Of a stretch of 64,000 nt of DNA, positions 9,354-18,846 are shown one piece after another. A program made the position numbers and the translations under genes. The stretch comes from Actinomycetes bacterium (lineage in GTDB: Bacteria; Actinomycetota; Actinomycetes; DATJPE01): assembly GCA_031430645.1 (NCBI GenBank), contig JANPBY010000101.1:6112-70111 (forward strand), written 5' to 3'. Numbering within the stretch: the first letter of the stretch is position 1; the number at the start of each line of letters is the position of its first letter. The notes beneath the pieces are model-generated. The model was not told where the DNA came from, did not search any database, and was given only the letters and a program-made list of their open reading frames with translations.

Positions 9354-10339
9354 CCAAGTCCAGGACCACAGCCGACCACGTGGCCGAGTGGCCGATGTGG
9401 TCGACAACGGTGCGGGTCGTCACACGCGATCCGGGCATGCTCAGGGTCGCCAGCCAAGCCGTCGAGTCCGAGCTCGTGGGCATGGACCGTGCCGCCAGCC
9501 GCTTTCGCGTCGACAGCGAGGTGTGCCGGCTGGCGGCCTCGGGAGGTCGTCCGACGCGAGTCTCTCCCCTGCTGGCAGCGACGTTGCGGGCCGCGTTGCG
9601 AGTTGCCTCAGCGACCGGCGGTGCTGTCGACCCGACTGTCGGAAACGCCTTGGTAGCCGCTGGCTACGACGCCGACTTCTCCGTGATCTCGGCGCGAGCG
9701 CCATCGTCGTACGACCCTCGACCAGCACTAGGCCCTCAACCAGCTCTGGACCCTCAACCAGCTCTGTCACTCCCGATCGAGCTTCAGGTGGCCACCACGT
9801 GGAGGGACATCCACCTGGTGGGCGACGTGGTCACGTTGCCGGACGGTCTGCTGCTGGACCTTGGCGCCACCGGCAAGGCACTCGCGGTCGACCGGGCTGC
9901 CGTACGCGCGTCGATCGCTGCTCAAGGTCCGGTCCTCGTCGCGGTTGGAGGTGACCTTCGCGCCGCAGGGACGTCACGAAGCGAGCCATGGCTCGTCGAA
10001 GTCGCCGAACGCCCAGAGGACGAGGGAGTGGCCTGGGTGCGTGTATCGGACGGCGGGGTGGCCACGTCGACCACTTTGACGCGTCGATGGCGGGCTGGAG
10101 CGGGCTGGGCGCATCACGTATTCAACCCCCGAACCGGTCGGCCGGCTGAGGTTCATTGGAGGACTGCGACTGTCGCTGCGGCGACCTGTGTCGACGCCAA
10201 CGCCGCCAGCACCGCCAGCATCGTCAAGGGACTCGGGGCTGAGGCCTGGCTGCGCTCCGGCCGTCTACCCTCCCGGCTGGTAGACCGCGACGGCGCCGTA
10301 CTGGTCGTTGCGGGTTGGCCGGAGCAGGTGGCGGCGTGA
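9350..10339 (+). CDS. apbE: FAD:protein FMN transferase (ApbE family)
   Basis: 329-aa protein with ApbE-like conserved blocks (…MWSTTVRVV…, …DLGATGKALAVDRAA…, …ATSTTLTRRW…HHVFNPRTGRPA…). The GTG start overlaps the upstream stop. Confidence 0.8.
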   Translation: MTKSRTTADHVAEWPMWSTTVRVVTRDPGMLRVASQAVESELVGMDRAASRFRVDSEVCRLAASGGRPTRVSPLLAATLRAALRVASATGGAVDPTVGNALVAAGYDADFSVISARAPSSYDPRPALGPQPALDPQPALSLPIELQVATTWRDIHLVGDVVTLPDGLLLDLGATGKALAVDRAAVRASIAAQGPVLVAVGGDLRAAGTSRSEPWLVEVAERPEDEGVAWVRVSDGGVATSTTLTRRWRAGAGWAHHVFNPRTGRPAEVHWRTATVAAATCVDANAASTASIVKGLGAEAWLRSGRLPSRLVDRDGAVLVVAGWPEQVAA

Positions 10340-10947
10340 CGCTCCTGCAAGACCCGGCCCTCCTCTGGTACGTCAATCGCGCAGCTGGGCTCGTGCTGCT
10401 CGTGCTCCTGACAACGGCGACCGTGCTCGGAGTGGGCGCGGTCGACCGACGCACGAGGTCCCGCGTGGGACCGGCGGGCGTTCGTCGAACCCGCCCGGTC
10501 GGCCGCTTTCCGGGCTTTGTGCTCCCCGAGCTGCACCGCCGGGTGGCACTGGTTGCCGTAGCTCTGACTTTCCTGCATATCATTCCTGCTGTTCTGGACG
10601 ACTACGTCCCGATCGACTGGCTCGACGTCGTCGTTCCCTTCGCTTCGGACTACCGTCCGTTGTGGCTCGGCTTGGGGACGCTGACCTTCGATGTCTTGGC
10701 GGTTGTCGTGGTCACCGCACTGGTGAGGACGCGGATCGGCCCGGTCTCCTGGAAGGTCATCCACAAATCCGTCTACGTGACCTGGCCGTTGGCGGTCCTT
10801 CACAGCGTGAACACCGGGACCGACACAGGTGGAGTCTGGGGTTGGTTGGTCCTTGGTTGCGTCCTCGCGGTCGTCGCCGCTTGCTTCGCGCGACTGCGGA
10901 GCATGGCGGCCAGTGACCGTGCAGCCCGACGCCCCGTGCTCCGCTGA
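10315..10947 (+). CDS. Ferric-reductase-like transmembrane domain protein (MsrQ/YedZ-like heme-binding membrane component)
   Basis: 210-aa protein with about six TM helices and conserved His in helices (…ALTFLHIIPAVLD…, …WKVIHKSVYVTWPLAVLHSV…). It immediately follows apbE, with possible GTG at 10336 overlapping the apbE TGA. Confidence 0.6.
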   Translation: MAGAGGGVTLLQDPALLWYVNRAAGLVLLVLLTTATVLGVGAVDRRTRSRVGPAGVRRTRPVGRFPGFVLPELHRRVALVAVALTFLHIIPAVLDDYVPIDWLDVVVPFASDYRPLWLGLGTLTFDVLAVVVVTALVRTRIGPVSWKVIHKSVYVTWPLAVLHSVNTGTDTGGVWGWLVLGCVLAVVAACFARLRSMAASDRAARRPVLR

Positions 10948-10954
10948 CCTGTCT

Positions 10955-12451
10955 CTAGTTGGTGGCGGCGAGCGCAACCAACAAGTCAGCTGCCGTTGGA
11001 CTGCGATCGAGCAGGCTCTCAACGTGCGCGCGGGTGCCGCGCAACGGCTCCATCGTGGGTACCCGTTGCAGGGACTCCTGACCGGGAACGTCAAAAATCA
11101 CCGAGTCCCAGGATGCCGCCGCAATGTGCTCGGGATAGCGACGCAGGCACTCCCCACGGAAGTAGGCGCGGGTGTCCTCGGGAGGATCCGTGACCGCCGA
11201 CTGCACCTCGGCGTCGCTCAGCAACCGGTCCATCCGGCCAGCCGCCACGAGTCGGTGATAGAGCCCCTTCTCGGGCCGGACGTCGCTGTATTGCAGATCG
11301 ATGGCATGGAGTTTGGAGGCGTCCCACCCGAGCCCGTCGCGCTCGCGGTAGCCCTGAAGCAGCGACAGCTTGGCCACCCAGTCGAGCTCGCGGGAGCAGC
11401 GCTGGGGGTCATCTGCGAGTCGGTCCACCATCGACTCCCACCGAGAAAGAATGTCCATCGTCTGGGCATCGGCGTCGACTCCATACCGATCCGCAACGAA
11501 CTTGCGGGCCTGCTCGGCATACTCGCCTTGCAGTTGAACAGCGGTGAGCCGCCGGCCAGAGGCCAGGGTGATCTGATGGCGCAGCGTCGGGTCATGGGAG
11601 ACGGCATGCACCTCCGAAACGGGATGCGCGACCGTCAAGCTGTCGCCGAGGAAGCCCGCCTCGATCATCGACAAGACCAAGGACGTGGTCCCCATCTTCA
11701 GATAGGTCGCGACCTCGCTGAGGTTGGCATCTCCAATGATGACGTGCAGCCGCCGGTACTTCGTGGGGTCGGCATGCGGCTCATCGCGGGTGTTGATGAT
11801 CGGCCGCTTCAGGGTGGTCTCGAGCCCGACCTCGACTTCGAAGTAGTCAGCCCGTTGGCTGAGCTGAAACCCGTCGTCCTGCCCTTCCTGGCCCAGCCCG
11901 ACGCGTCCGCTGCCGGCGATCACCTGTCGGCTCACGAAGAACGGCGTGAGCTGCGTGACGATGTCGCTGAACGGCGTGGCCCGGCTCATCAGGTAGTTCT
12001 CGTGGGTGCCGTAGGACGCACCCTTGTTGTCGGTGTTGTTCTTGTAGAGAGTGATCAGCGGATCACCGACTGCAGCCAACGCCCTGCGCGCGGCCTCCGC
12101 CATCACGAGGAGCCCAGCCGCGTCGTAGCGAACGGCATCGCGGGGGTTGGTGACTTCGGGAGATGAGTATTCGGGGTGCGCGTGGTCGACGTACAGCCGC
12201 GCACCGTTGGTCAAGATCACATTGGCGAGGCCGAGGTCTTCGTCGGTGAGCTGACTGTCATCCGCGAGGTCGCGTGCCAGGTCGAACCCGCGCGCATCCC
12301 GCAGTGGGCTCTCCTCGTCGAAGTCCCAGCGGGGCCTGCGGCCGCGTAGGGCGACACCCGCGTAGGCGTTGACGATCTGACTCGAGGCAAGCATCGCGTT
12401 GGCTCCGGGTTGTCCGACGACGGAGATGCCGTACTCGGTCTCGATGCCCAT
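10955..12451 (-). CDS. dop: Pup deamidase/depupylase Dop
   Basis: [12 protein letters not shown]… start region plus the Dop/PafA ligase-fold core ([44 protein letters not shown]). The exact start lies between 12451 and 12469. Confidence 0.9.
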   Translation of the reverse strand: MGIETEYGISVVGQPGANAMLASSQIVNAYAGVALRGRRPRWDFDEESPLRDARGFDLARDLADDSQLTDEDLGLANVILTNGARLYVDHAHPEYSSPEVTNPRDAVRYDAAGLLVMAEAARRALAAVGDPLITLYKNNTDNKGASYGTHENYLMSRATPFSDIVTQLTPFFVSRQVIAGSGRVGLGQEGQDDGFQLSQRADYFEVEVGLETTLKRPIINTRDEPHADPTKYRRLHVIIGDANLSEVATYLKMGTTSLVLSMIEAGFLGDSLTVAHPVSEVHAVSHDPTLRHQITLASGRRLTAVQLQGEYAEQARKFVADRYGVDADAQTMDILSRWESMVDRLADDPQRCSRELDWVAKLSLLQGYRERDGLGWDASKLHAIDLQYSDVRPEKGLYHRLVAAGRMDRLLSDAEVQSAVTDPPEDTRAYFRGECLRRYPEHIAAASWDSVIFDVPGQESLQRVPTMEPLRGTRAHVESLLDRSPTAADLLVALAATN

Positions 12452-12509
12452 CACGCGGAGAACGCTCACCCTTTGAGGGTACGTCGCCCGTCGGTGGGAC
12501 GCCGGGACG

Positions 12510-13073
12510 TCAGCCGGCAGCGATCGCGGAGTTGACGAAGGCCGTCGTCTGCTTGGCATTGCGTCCGATGCACAGAGCCAGGACTTCGCCGTCGAACCAC
12601 GCCTCGAAGGTCGAGCCTCCCGCCGATGCTTGGTGGACCATGATCCCGGACTCGGTACGCGTAGTCACTTCTGCCCCCGCGGTCACAACGGTCAGCAGCG
12701 CTGGTCCCAACGCATCCGCCTGCTCAGAGTTGGGGTCCACGTCTGGGTTCACGCCGAAGAGCACCAGGCCGCCAACCTCGCCACCGCCAGGATTGTCGTT
12801 GCCCTTGGTCACCGTGTAGACCGAAAGTCCGGTGTAGATGCCCTGCGAACTGGTCACGGCACCCTCAAACGCGGACTTGGCAGCAGCCGGGGCGGCGACG
12901 AGTGTGTAGCCAGGCACGTCTGGGGCCGGCGGGCCTGGTGCGACAGGGCTCGGGGTGACACCGGAGTCACTAGGGGTCGACGGACTCGGAGCGCCGACGG
13001 TGTTCGAGCTCGTTGGCTTCGGGGAGCTCGTCGACGGAGATGGTCCGGCACAGGACAGCAGCACTCCCGTCAC
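12510..13073 (-). CDS. Hypothetical exported or lipoprotein-like protein
   Basis: 187-aa ORF between dop and arc. The upstream in-frame sequence reads …[20 protein letters not shown] (signal plus lipobox-like) but has no canonical start upstream of the GTG at 13073. The start is unresolved. Confidence 0.4.
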   Translation of the reverse strand: MTGVLLSCAGPSPSTSSPKPTSSNTVGAPSPSTPSDSGVTPSPVAPGPPAPDVPGYTLVAAPAAAKSAFEGAVTSSQGIYTGLSVYTVTKGNDNPGGGEVGGLVLFGVNPDVDPNSEQADALGPALLTVVTAGAEVTTRTESGIMVHQASAGGSTFEAWFDGEVLALCIGRNAKQTTAFVNSAIAAG

Positions 13074-13114
13074 CGCGATCAGAACGACCGCGGAGCGCAG
13101 CCGTGGACCCTGAC

Positions 13115-14818
13115 TCAGAGGTACTGGCCTGTGTTGGCCACCGTGTCGATGGAACGGCCGGCCTCAGTGCCCTGCTTGCCCTGGATCAAGGTGCGGATGA
13201 ACACGATTCGCTCACCCTTCTTGCCCGAGATCCGCGCCCAGTCATCGGGGTTGGTGGTGTTGGGAAGGTCCTCGTTCTCCTTGAATTCATCGACGCAGGC
13301 CGCCAGCAGGTGCTGCACCCGGATGCCGCGCTGGTTGTGGTCGAGGAGATCCTTGATGGCCATCTTCTTCGCGCGACTGACGATGTTCTCGATCATCGCG
13401 CCGGAGTTGAAGTCCTTGAAGTACAGAACCTCCTTGTCGCCACCGGCATAGGTGACTTCCAGGAAGCGGTTTTCCTCCAGCTCGGTGTACATGCGCTCGA
13501 CGGCCATCTGGATCATCGCTGCAGTGGTGGCAGTCGGCGAGCCACCGTGCTCGGCGAGGTCATCGGCGTGCAACGGGAGCTCAGGGACGAGGTACTTGGT
13601 GAAGATGTCGCGTGCACCCTCGGCGTCGGGGCGCTCGATCTTGATCTTCACGTCGAGACGACCGGGCCGCAGGATCGCCGGGTCGATCATGTCCTCGCGG
13701 TTGGAAGCACCGATGACGATGACGTTTTCGAGCCCCTCGACCCCGTCGATCTCGCTGAGCAACTGCGGCACGATGGTGTTCTCGACGTCGCTGGAGACTC
13801 CGGTTCCACGCGTGCGGAACAACGAGTCCATCTCGTCGAAGAACACGATGACCGGGACGCCCTCGGAGGCCTTCTCCCTGGCTCGCTGAAACACCAGCCG
13901 GATGTGTCGCTCGGTCTCGCCGACGTACTTGTTGAGGAGCTCGGGGCCTTTGATGTTGAGGAAGTAGGAACGACCTTCCGGCTTGCCGGTGACCTCGGCG
14001 ACCTTCTTGGCGAGGGAGTTGGCGACCGCCTTGGCGATCAGCGTCTTCCCACACCCCGGGGGGCCGTACAGCAGGATGCCCTTCGGTGGCTTGAGCTGGT
14101 GCTCGAGGAAGAGATCCGCATGGAGATAGGGCAGTTCGACGGCGTCCCTGATCGTCTCGATCTGGGCAGCAAGACCGCCGATGGACGCATAGTCGATGTC
14201 CGGGACCTCTTCGAGGACCAGCTCTTCCACTTCGGACTTCGGGATGCGCTCATAGACGTGTTGGGAGCGTGGCTCGAGCAGTAGGGAGTCGCCGGCGCGC
14301 AGAGGTTGGTCCAGGAGTGAGCCGGCGAGGGTCACCACCCGCTCGTCGTCTGTGTGACCCAGGACGAGGGCCCGCATGCCGTCCTCAAGGATTTCCTTGA
14401 GCATGACGACTTCTCCGACGGTTTCGAACTCCAGCGCGCGGATCACGACCATGGCCTCGTTGAGCATGACTTCCTGGCCTCGTCGAAGTTCTTCAGCGTC
14501 CACCTCGGGGCTCACGGACACCCGGAGCTTGCGACCACCGGTGAAGATGTCCGATGTCCCGTCACCGTGGTCCTCGAGGAACACTCCGAATCCCGACGGC
14601 GGTTGAGCGAGCCGATCGACTTCTTCCTTGAGCATGACGATCTGGTCGCGTGCCTCGCGCAGCGTCGCCGTCAGTCGCTGGTTTTGAGCCCCTGCTGCGG
14701 ACAACTCAGATTGGATCGCAGTGAGTCGCTCCTCCAGCGCGCGCGACACGCTCTCCGACGTCGCGGCCTCAGGCCTGTCGTCCTCGGTACCCGGCACGGT
14801 GCTCACCTCCCGGTTCAC
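13115..14818 (-). CDS. arc: Proteasome-associated AAA ATPase ARC/Mpa
   Basis: N-terminal coiled coil, OB region, AAA+ module ([20 protein letters not shown], Walker [10 protein letters not shown]) and the C-terminal …TGQYL proteasome-docking motif. Confidence 0.92.
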   Translation of the reverse strand: MNREVSTVPGTEDDRPEAATSESVSRALEERLTAIQSELSAAGAQNQRLTATLREARDQIVMLKEEVDRLAQPPSGFGVFLEDHGDGTSDIFTGGRKLRVSVSPEVDAEELRRGQEVMLNEAMVVIRALEFETVGEVVMLKEILEDGMRALVLGHTDDERVVTLAGSLLDQPLRAGDSLLLEPRSQHVYERIPKSEVEELVLEEVPDIDYASIGGLAAQIETIRDAVELPYLHADLFLEHQLKPPKGILLYGPPGCGKTLIAKAVANSLAKKVAEVTGKPEGRSYFLNIKGPELLNKYVGETERHIRLVFQRAREKASEGVPVIVFFDEMDSLFRTRGTGVSSDVENTIVPQLLSEIDGVEGLENVIVIGASNREDMIDPAILRPGRLDVKIKIERPDAEGARDIFTKYLVPELPLHADDLAEHGGSPTATTAAMIQMAVERMYTELEENRFLEVTYAGGDKEVLYFKDFNSGAMIENIVSRAKKMAIKDLLDHNQRGIRVQHLLAACVDEFKENEDLPNTTNPDDWARISGKKGERIVFIRTLIQGKQGTEAGRSIDTVANTGQYL

Positions 14819-14881
14819 CCATATGGGCTACCCCTCAGCGGATGCCGTCGGTTTCGACCTTATAGGCGTCCGGCTTGAGCG

Positions 14882-15847
14882 CTACTCGACGACGCGTTCT
14901 GCGGACCTTGTGTCGTCCGAGGCGCCGAGCTCCTCGAAGGGCGCCGGGTGGTCACCCTCCGACGCCGAGCCTTTGGCTGGTCGGCGGCGGCGCAGGGGTG
15001 GGACGACTCCCTCAGCCAGTCTGCGGCTGGTGACGAGAAACCCGGTGTGACCGATCATCCGGTGGTCCGGGCGTACGGCCAGGCCCTCAACGTGCCAGGT
15101 GCGCACCATCGACTCCCAGGAAGCAGGCTCGGTGAAGGCGCCATGGGCGCGCAAGGTTTCCACCGTGCGTGACAGCTGGGTGACGGTGGCGACATAGGCG
15201 CACACCACCCCACCGGGGACAAGCGCACGGGCCACGGCATCGGCGCACTCCCATGGGGCGAGCATGTCGAGGATGACTCGGTCCGCGCAGCCGGCTTCGG
15301 TGGCGGGAACGTTGTCCTGGAGGTCACCGACCCGCAGCTCCCAAGCCGGGTGTGGGCCGCCAAAGAACTGTTCGACATTCCGGCGCGCGATGACCGCGAA
15401 GTCCTCGCGCCGCTCGAAGGAACGCACGCGACCGGAGTCCCCTACGGCTCGCAGCAGGGAACACGTCAGCGCTCCGGAGCCGACGCCGGCCTCGATGACC
15501 TGAGCGCCGGGAAAGACATCAGCCATGGCCACGATCTGGCCAGCGTCCTTGGGATAGACGACCGCCGCGCCGCGGGGCATGGACAGCACGTAGTCAGCGA
15601 GCAGCGGCCGCAGCGCTAGGTACGACGTGCCGCCGGTGCTCGTCACCACCACGCCCTCAGGCCCACCAATGAGCTCATCGTGGGCCACTGCCCCCTGGTG
15701 GGTGTGGAACTCCTTTCCTGAGGTCAGGGTGATCGTGTGGAGCCGTCCTTTGGGATCGGTGAGCTGGACCCGGTCGCCTTCCCGGAGCGGTCCACGTCGA
15801 TGTTCAGCGCCTGTCGTCACGGGGGCTGAGGTTAGACGCCTCGTCAC
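14882..15847 (-). CDS. trmI: tRNA (adenine(58)-N1)-methyltransferase TrmI
   Basis: 321-aa SAM-dependent methyltransferase (VIEAGVGSGALT motif) in the position of Rv2118c upstream of arc. Confidence 0.75.
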   Translation of the reverse strand: MTRRLTSAPVTTGAEHRRGPLREGDRVQLTDPKGRLHTITLTSGKEFHTHQGAVAHDELIGGPEGVVVTSTGGTSYLALRPLLADYVLSMPRGAAVVYPKDAGQIVAMADVFPGAQVIEAGVGSGALTCSLLRAVGDSGRVRSFERREDFAVIARRNVEQFFGGPHPAWELRVGDLQDNVPATEAGCADRVILDMLAPWECADAVARALVPGGVVCAYVATVTQLSRTVETLRAHGAFTEPASWESMVRTWHVEGLAVRPDHRMIGHTGFLVTSRRLAEGVVPPLRRRRPAKGSASEGDHPAPFEELGASDDTRSAERVVE

Positions 15848-16983
15848 GTCCCCGCGAATGCCTGGTCCACATCACTGGTCGCGAGGACTCCGAAAACCCG
15901 CCCCTGCGGATCGACGACGAGGTACTCAGCCGCGGGCAGATCACGCATAGCTTCGAGCAAACCGGGTCCGTCGAGCTCGACCTGGAGATACAGCCCGGGC
16001 TCCAACCGCCGTGAGACTGTGCCGACCGCCACCCATGGCCGCCGCTCGACCGGCGTTGCAGTTACTGCGGTCTCATTGACCAAGGCGAGCGGTTGATCAT
16101 CTCGATCGACAACGACGAGCGCGGTGGCGCCCGCCTCGGTCATCCGGCGCAGGGCCTCAGCCAGCGGTGTGTCAGCCAATACTGGGAGCGCGCGGCGAGT
16201 CAGCGCCCGCACCGAGAGCGAATGCAGCCGGGTCTGGACCCGTTCGGCTCGCAGGGCCTGGCCGGCTCCGCTCCAGACGAAGGCACCTATCAGTGCTGTC
16301 CAGATAATGAAGACCAGATCAGGCTCCTGACCCCGGCTGAGCGCGATGCCGAGCGGTACCAGGACCAAGCACACCGCCAATACCCGTCCGATCCAGGCGG
16401 CAACGGTGGTGCCCATGCTGGGGTCCCCGGACACCTTCCACACAGCAGCGCGCATCAGTTGGCCGCCGTCCAGCGGCAAGCCAGGCAATAGATTGAAGAC
16501 GCCGACCAGCAGGTTGGCCGCTCCCAGCTGAACGGCCAACAGGTGCAGCACGGTCCCAGGAGAAAGAATCTGGGCCAGCGCAAGGCCAAGAGCACCAAGG
16601 ACCAGCGACAACAAGGGGCCGACCCCGGCGATGACGAACTGCCGCCCCGGCGTGACGTCGGAGCGGCTCGTCTCGGTGACTCCCCCCAACATCTGCAGCG
16701 TGATCCTGTGGACCGGCAGGTCGTACGCCCGCGCCGCCATCGCGTGTCCCAGCTCATGGACCAACACGCTGGCGTACAACAAGACCGCGAAACTCGCGGC
16801 GACGACCCACGACCAAGCGCCCAGGCCGGGCACCCAACGCTCGACGACCGGTTGGAAGATCACGGTGACTAGGACGGCCACAAGGAACCAGGTCGGCGCG
16901 ACGAAGATCGGCACCCCGCCAACCCGACCCAAGAGCAGTTCATTGCCACGCCGTGGCTCTTCGGTCGGCTGCTGATCGCTCAC
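15844..16983 (-). CDS. Site-2 protease (M50 family) zinc metalloprotease with C-terminal CBS domains
   Basis: Membrane protein with HELGHAMAARAY (HExxH) inside a TM region and a second LDG-type motif region, followed by a CBS pair. Confidence 0.75.
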   Translation of the reverse strand: MSDQQPTEEPRRGNELLLGRVGGVPIFVAPTWFLVAVLVTVIFQPVVERWVPGLGAWSWVVAASFAVLLYASVLVHELGHAMAARAYDLPVHRITLQMLGGVTETSRSDVTPGRQFVIAGVGPLLSLVLGALGLALAQILSPGTVLHLLAVQLGAANLLVGVFNLLPGLPLDGGQLMRAAVWKVSGDPSMGTTVAAWIGRVLAVCLVLVPLGIALSRGQEPDLVFIIWTALIGAFVWSGAGQALRAERVQTRLHSLSVRALTRRALPVLADTPLAEALRRMTEAGATALVVVDRDDQPLALVNETAVTATPVERRPWVAVGTVSRRLEPGLYLQVELDGPGLLEAMRDLPAAEYLVVDPQGRVFGVLATSDVDQAFAGT

Positions 16984-17045
16984 TCCATGATGCTAGGCGC
17001 TCGCTGCGGGCGACTCTGTCGGTCCCAGGCGCTAGCGTCCGCGCC

Positions 17046-17948
17046 ATGACCGCCGTCGACCTTCCCACTCCCGCAGCCGTGTCGGGTCCCTCCTTGTCAC
17101 CGTCACGGGCGAGCGACTTTCAGACCTGCCCCTTGCTCTACCGGTTCCGGGTCATCGACCGACTCCCCGAGGAGCCCAGCGAGGCAGCGACGCGCGGGAC
17201 CGTCGTCCATTCGGTGCTCGAACGGCTCTTCGACCTGCCCGCGGATCAACGCACCTTGGCGAAGGCGGCCGAGCTCGTCGCTCCCGAATGGGAGGCTCTG
17301 CTCGAATCCGAGCCCGAGCTGTCAGCGCTTGTGGCCGACGACGAACCATCTGACGCCTTACCCTCCTTCCTCGCGGACTCGGTTCCCCTTCTTGAGCGGT
17401 ACTTCGCCCTTGAGGACCCCACACGGCTCGAACCCGCCGAGCGTGAGTTGCACGTGACGACGCTTCTCGAATCGGGCTTGACCCTGCGCGGCTACGTCGA
17501 TCGCCTGGACGTGACGCCGAGCGGTGAGATGCGGGTCGTCGACTACAAGACCGGGCGCGCGCCCACGCCCGGCTTCGAAGCCCGGGCGATGTTCCAGATG
17601 CGGTTCTATGCCCTCGTTCTGTGGAAGCTCCGCGGACGGGTGCCCAAGGTGCTCCAGCTGCTCTACCTGGGCAGCGGCGAAGTTCTGCGCTACGAACCCG
17701 ACCGGGCCGACCTGATCGCTACCGAGCGCAAGGTCGAGGCACTGTGGCAGGCGATCAGCCGTGCCACCGAAGCCGGCGACTGGCGGCCGAGCCCGTCCAA
17801 GCTCTGCGACTGGTGCTCCTACAAGGACAGCCTGTGCCCCGCCTGGGGTGGCACTCCTCCCCCGCTGCCGACCCAACCGTCCACGCAGTCGACCAATGAG
17901 GACCTCGAGGCGCCGTCCCCTCGAGGTTTCGGCGACGCCCCGGCCTGA
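17046..17948 (+). CDS. PD-(D/E)XK / RecB-family nuclease
   Basis: MTAVDLPTPAAVSGPSLSPSRASDFQTCPLLYRFRVID… with the later core …GYVDRLDV…VVDYKTG…. Position corresponds to the Rv2119-like conserved gene. Confidence 0.6.
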   Translation: MTAVDLPTPAAVSGPSLSPSRASDFQTCPLLYRFRVIDRLPEEPSEAATRGTVVHSVLERLFDLPADQRTLAKAAELVAPEWEALLESEPELSALVADDEPSDALPSFLADSVPLLERYFALEDPTRLEPAERELHVTTLLESGLTLRGYVDRLDVTPSGEMRVVDYKTGRAPTPGFEARAMFQMRFYALVLWKLRGRVPKVLQLLYLGSGEVLRYEPDRADLIATERKVEALWQAISRATEAGDWRPSPSKLCDWCSYKDSLCPAWGGTPPPLPTQPSTQSTNEDLEAPSPRGFGDAPA

Positions 17949-18087
17949 CCGAGCGGCCGCGGACCGGCGAGGGCGTCCCGGAGGAGCATGGTCAGGGTCC
18001 GACCAGGGTTGAACCGGGGTTCATGTGGCGATCTACGGATGATTCCGCCTCTAGGCTGGAAACAAGCCCGATCAACGAGGAGAACCC

Positions 18088-18840
<753 letters not shown>

Positions 18841-18846
18841 CCAGTC

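Noticed and set aside
10153-11094. 313-aa minus-strand ORF across the apbE 3' end, the ferric reductase gene and the dop 3' end
   Set aside because: It is antisense to and overlaps three plus-strand or neighbouring genes, and is Arg/Pro-rich.
13013-14284. 423-aa plus-strand ORF inside arc
   Set aside because: Antisense to the AAA ATPase gene, with Asp/Leu/Val-rich composition from the complement of GC3-rich codons.
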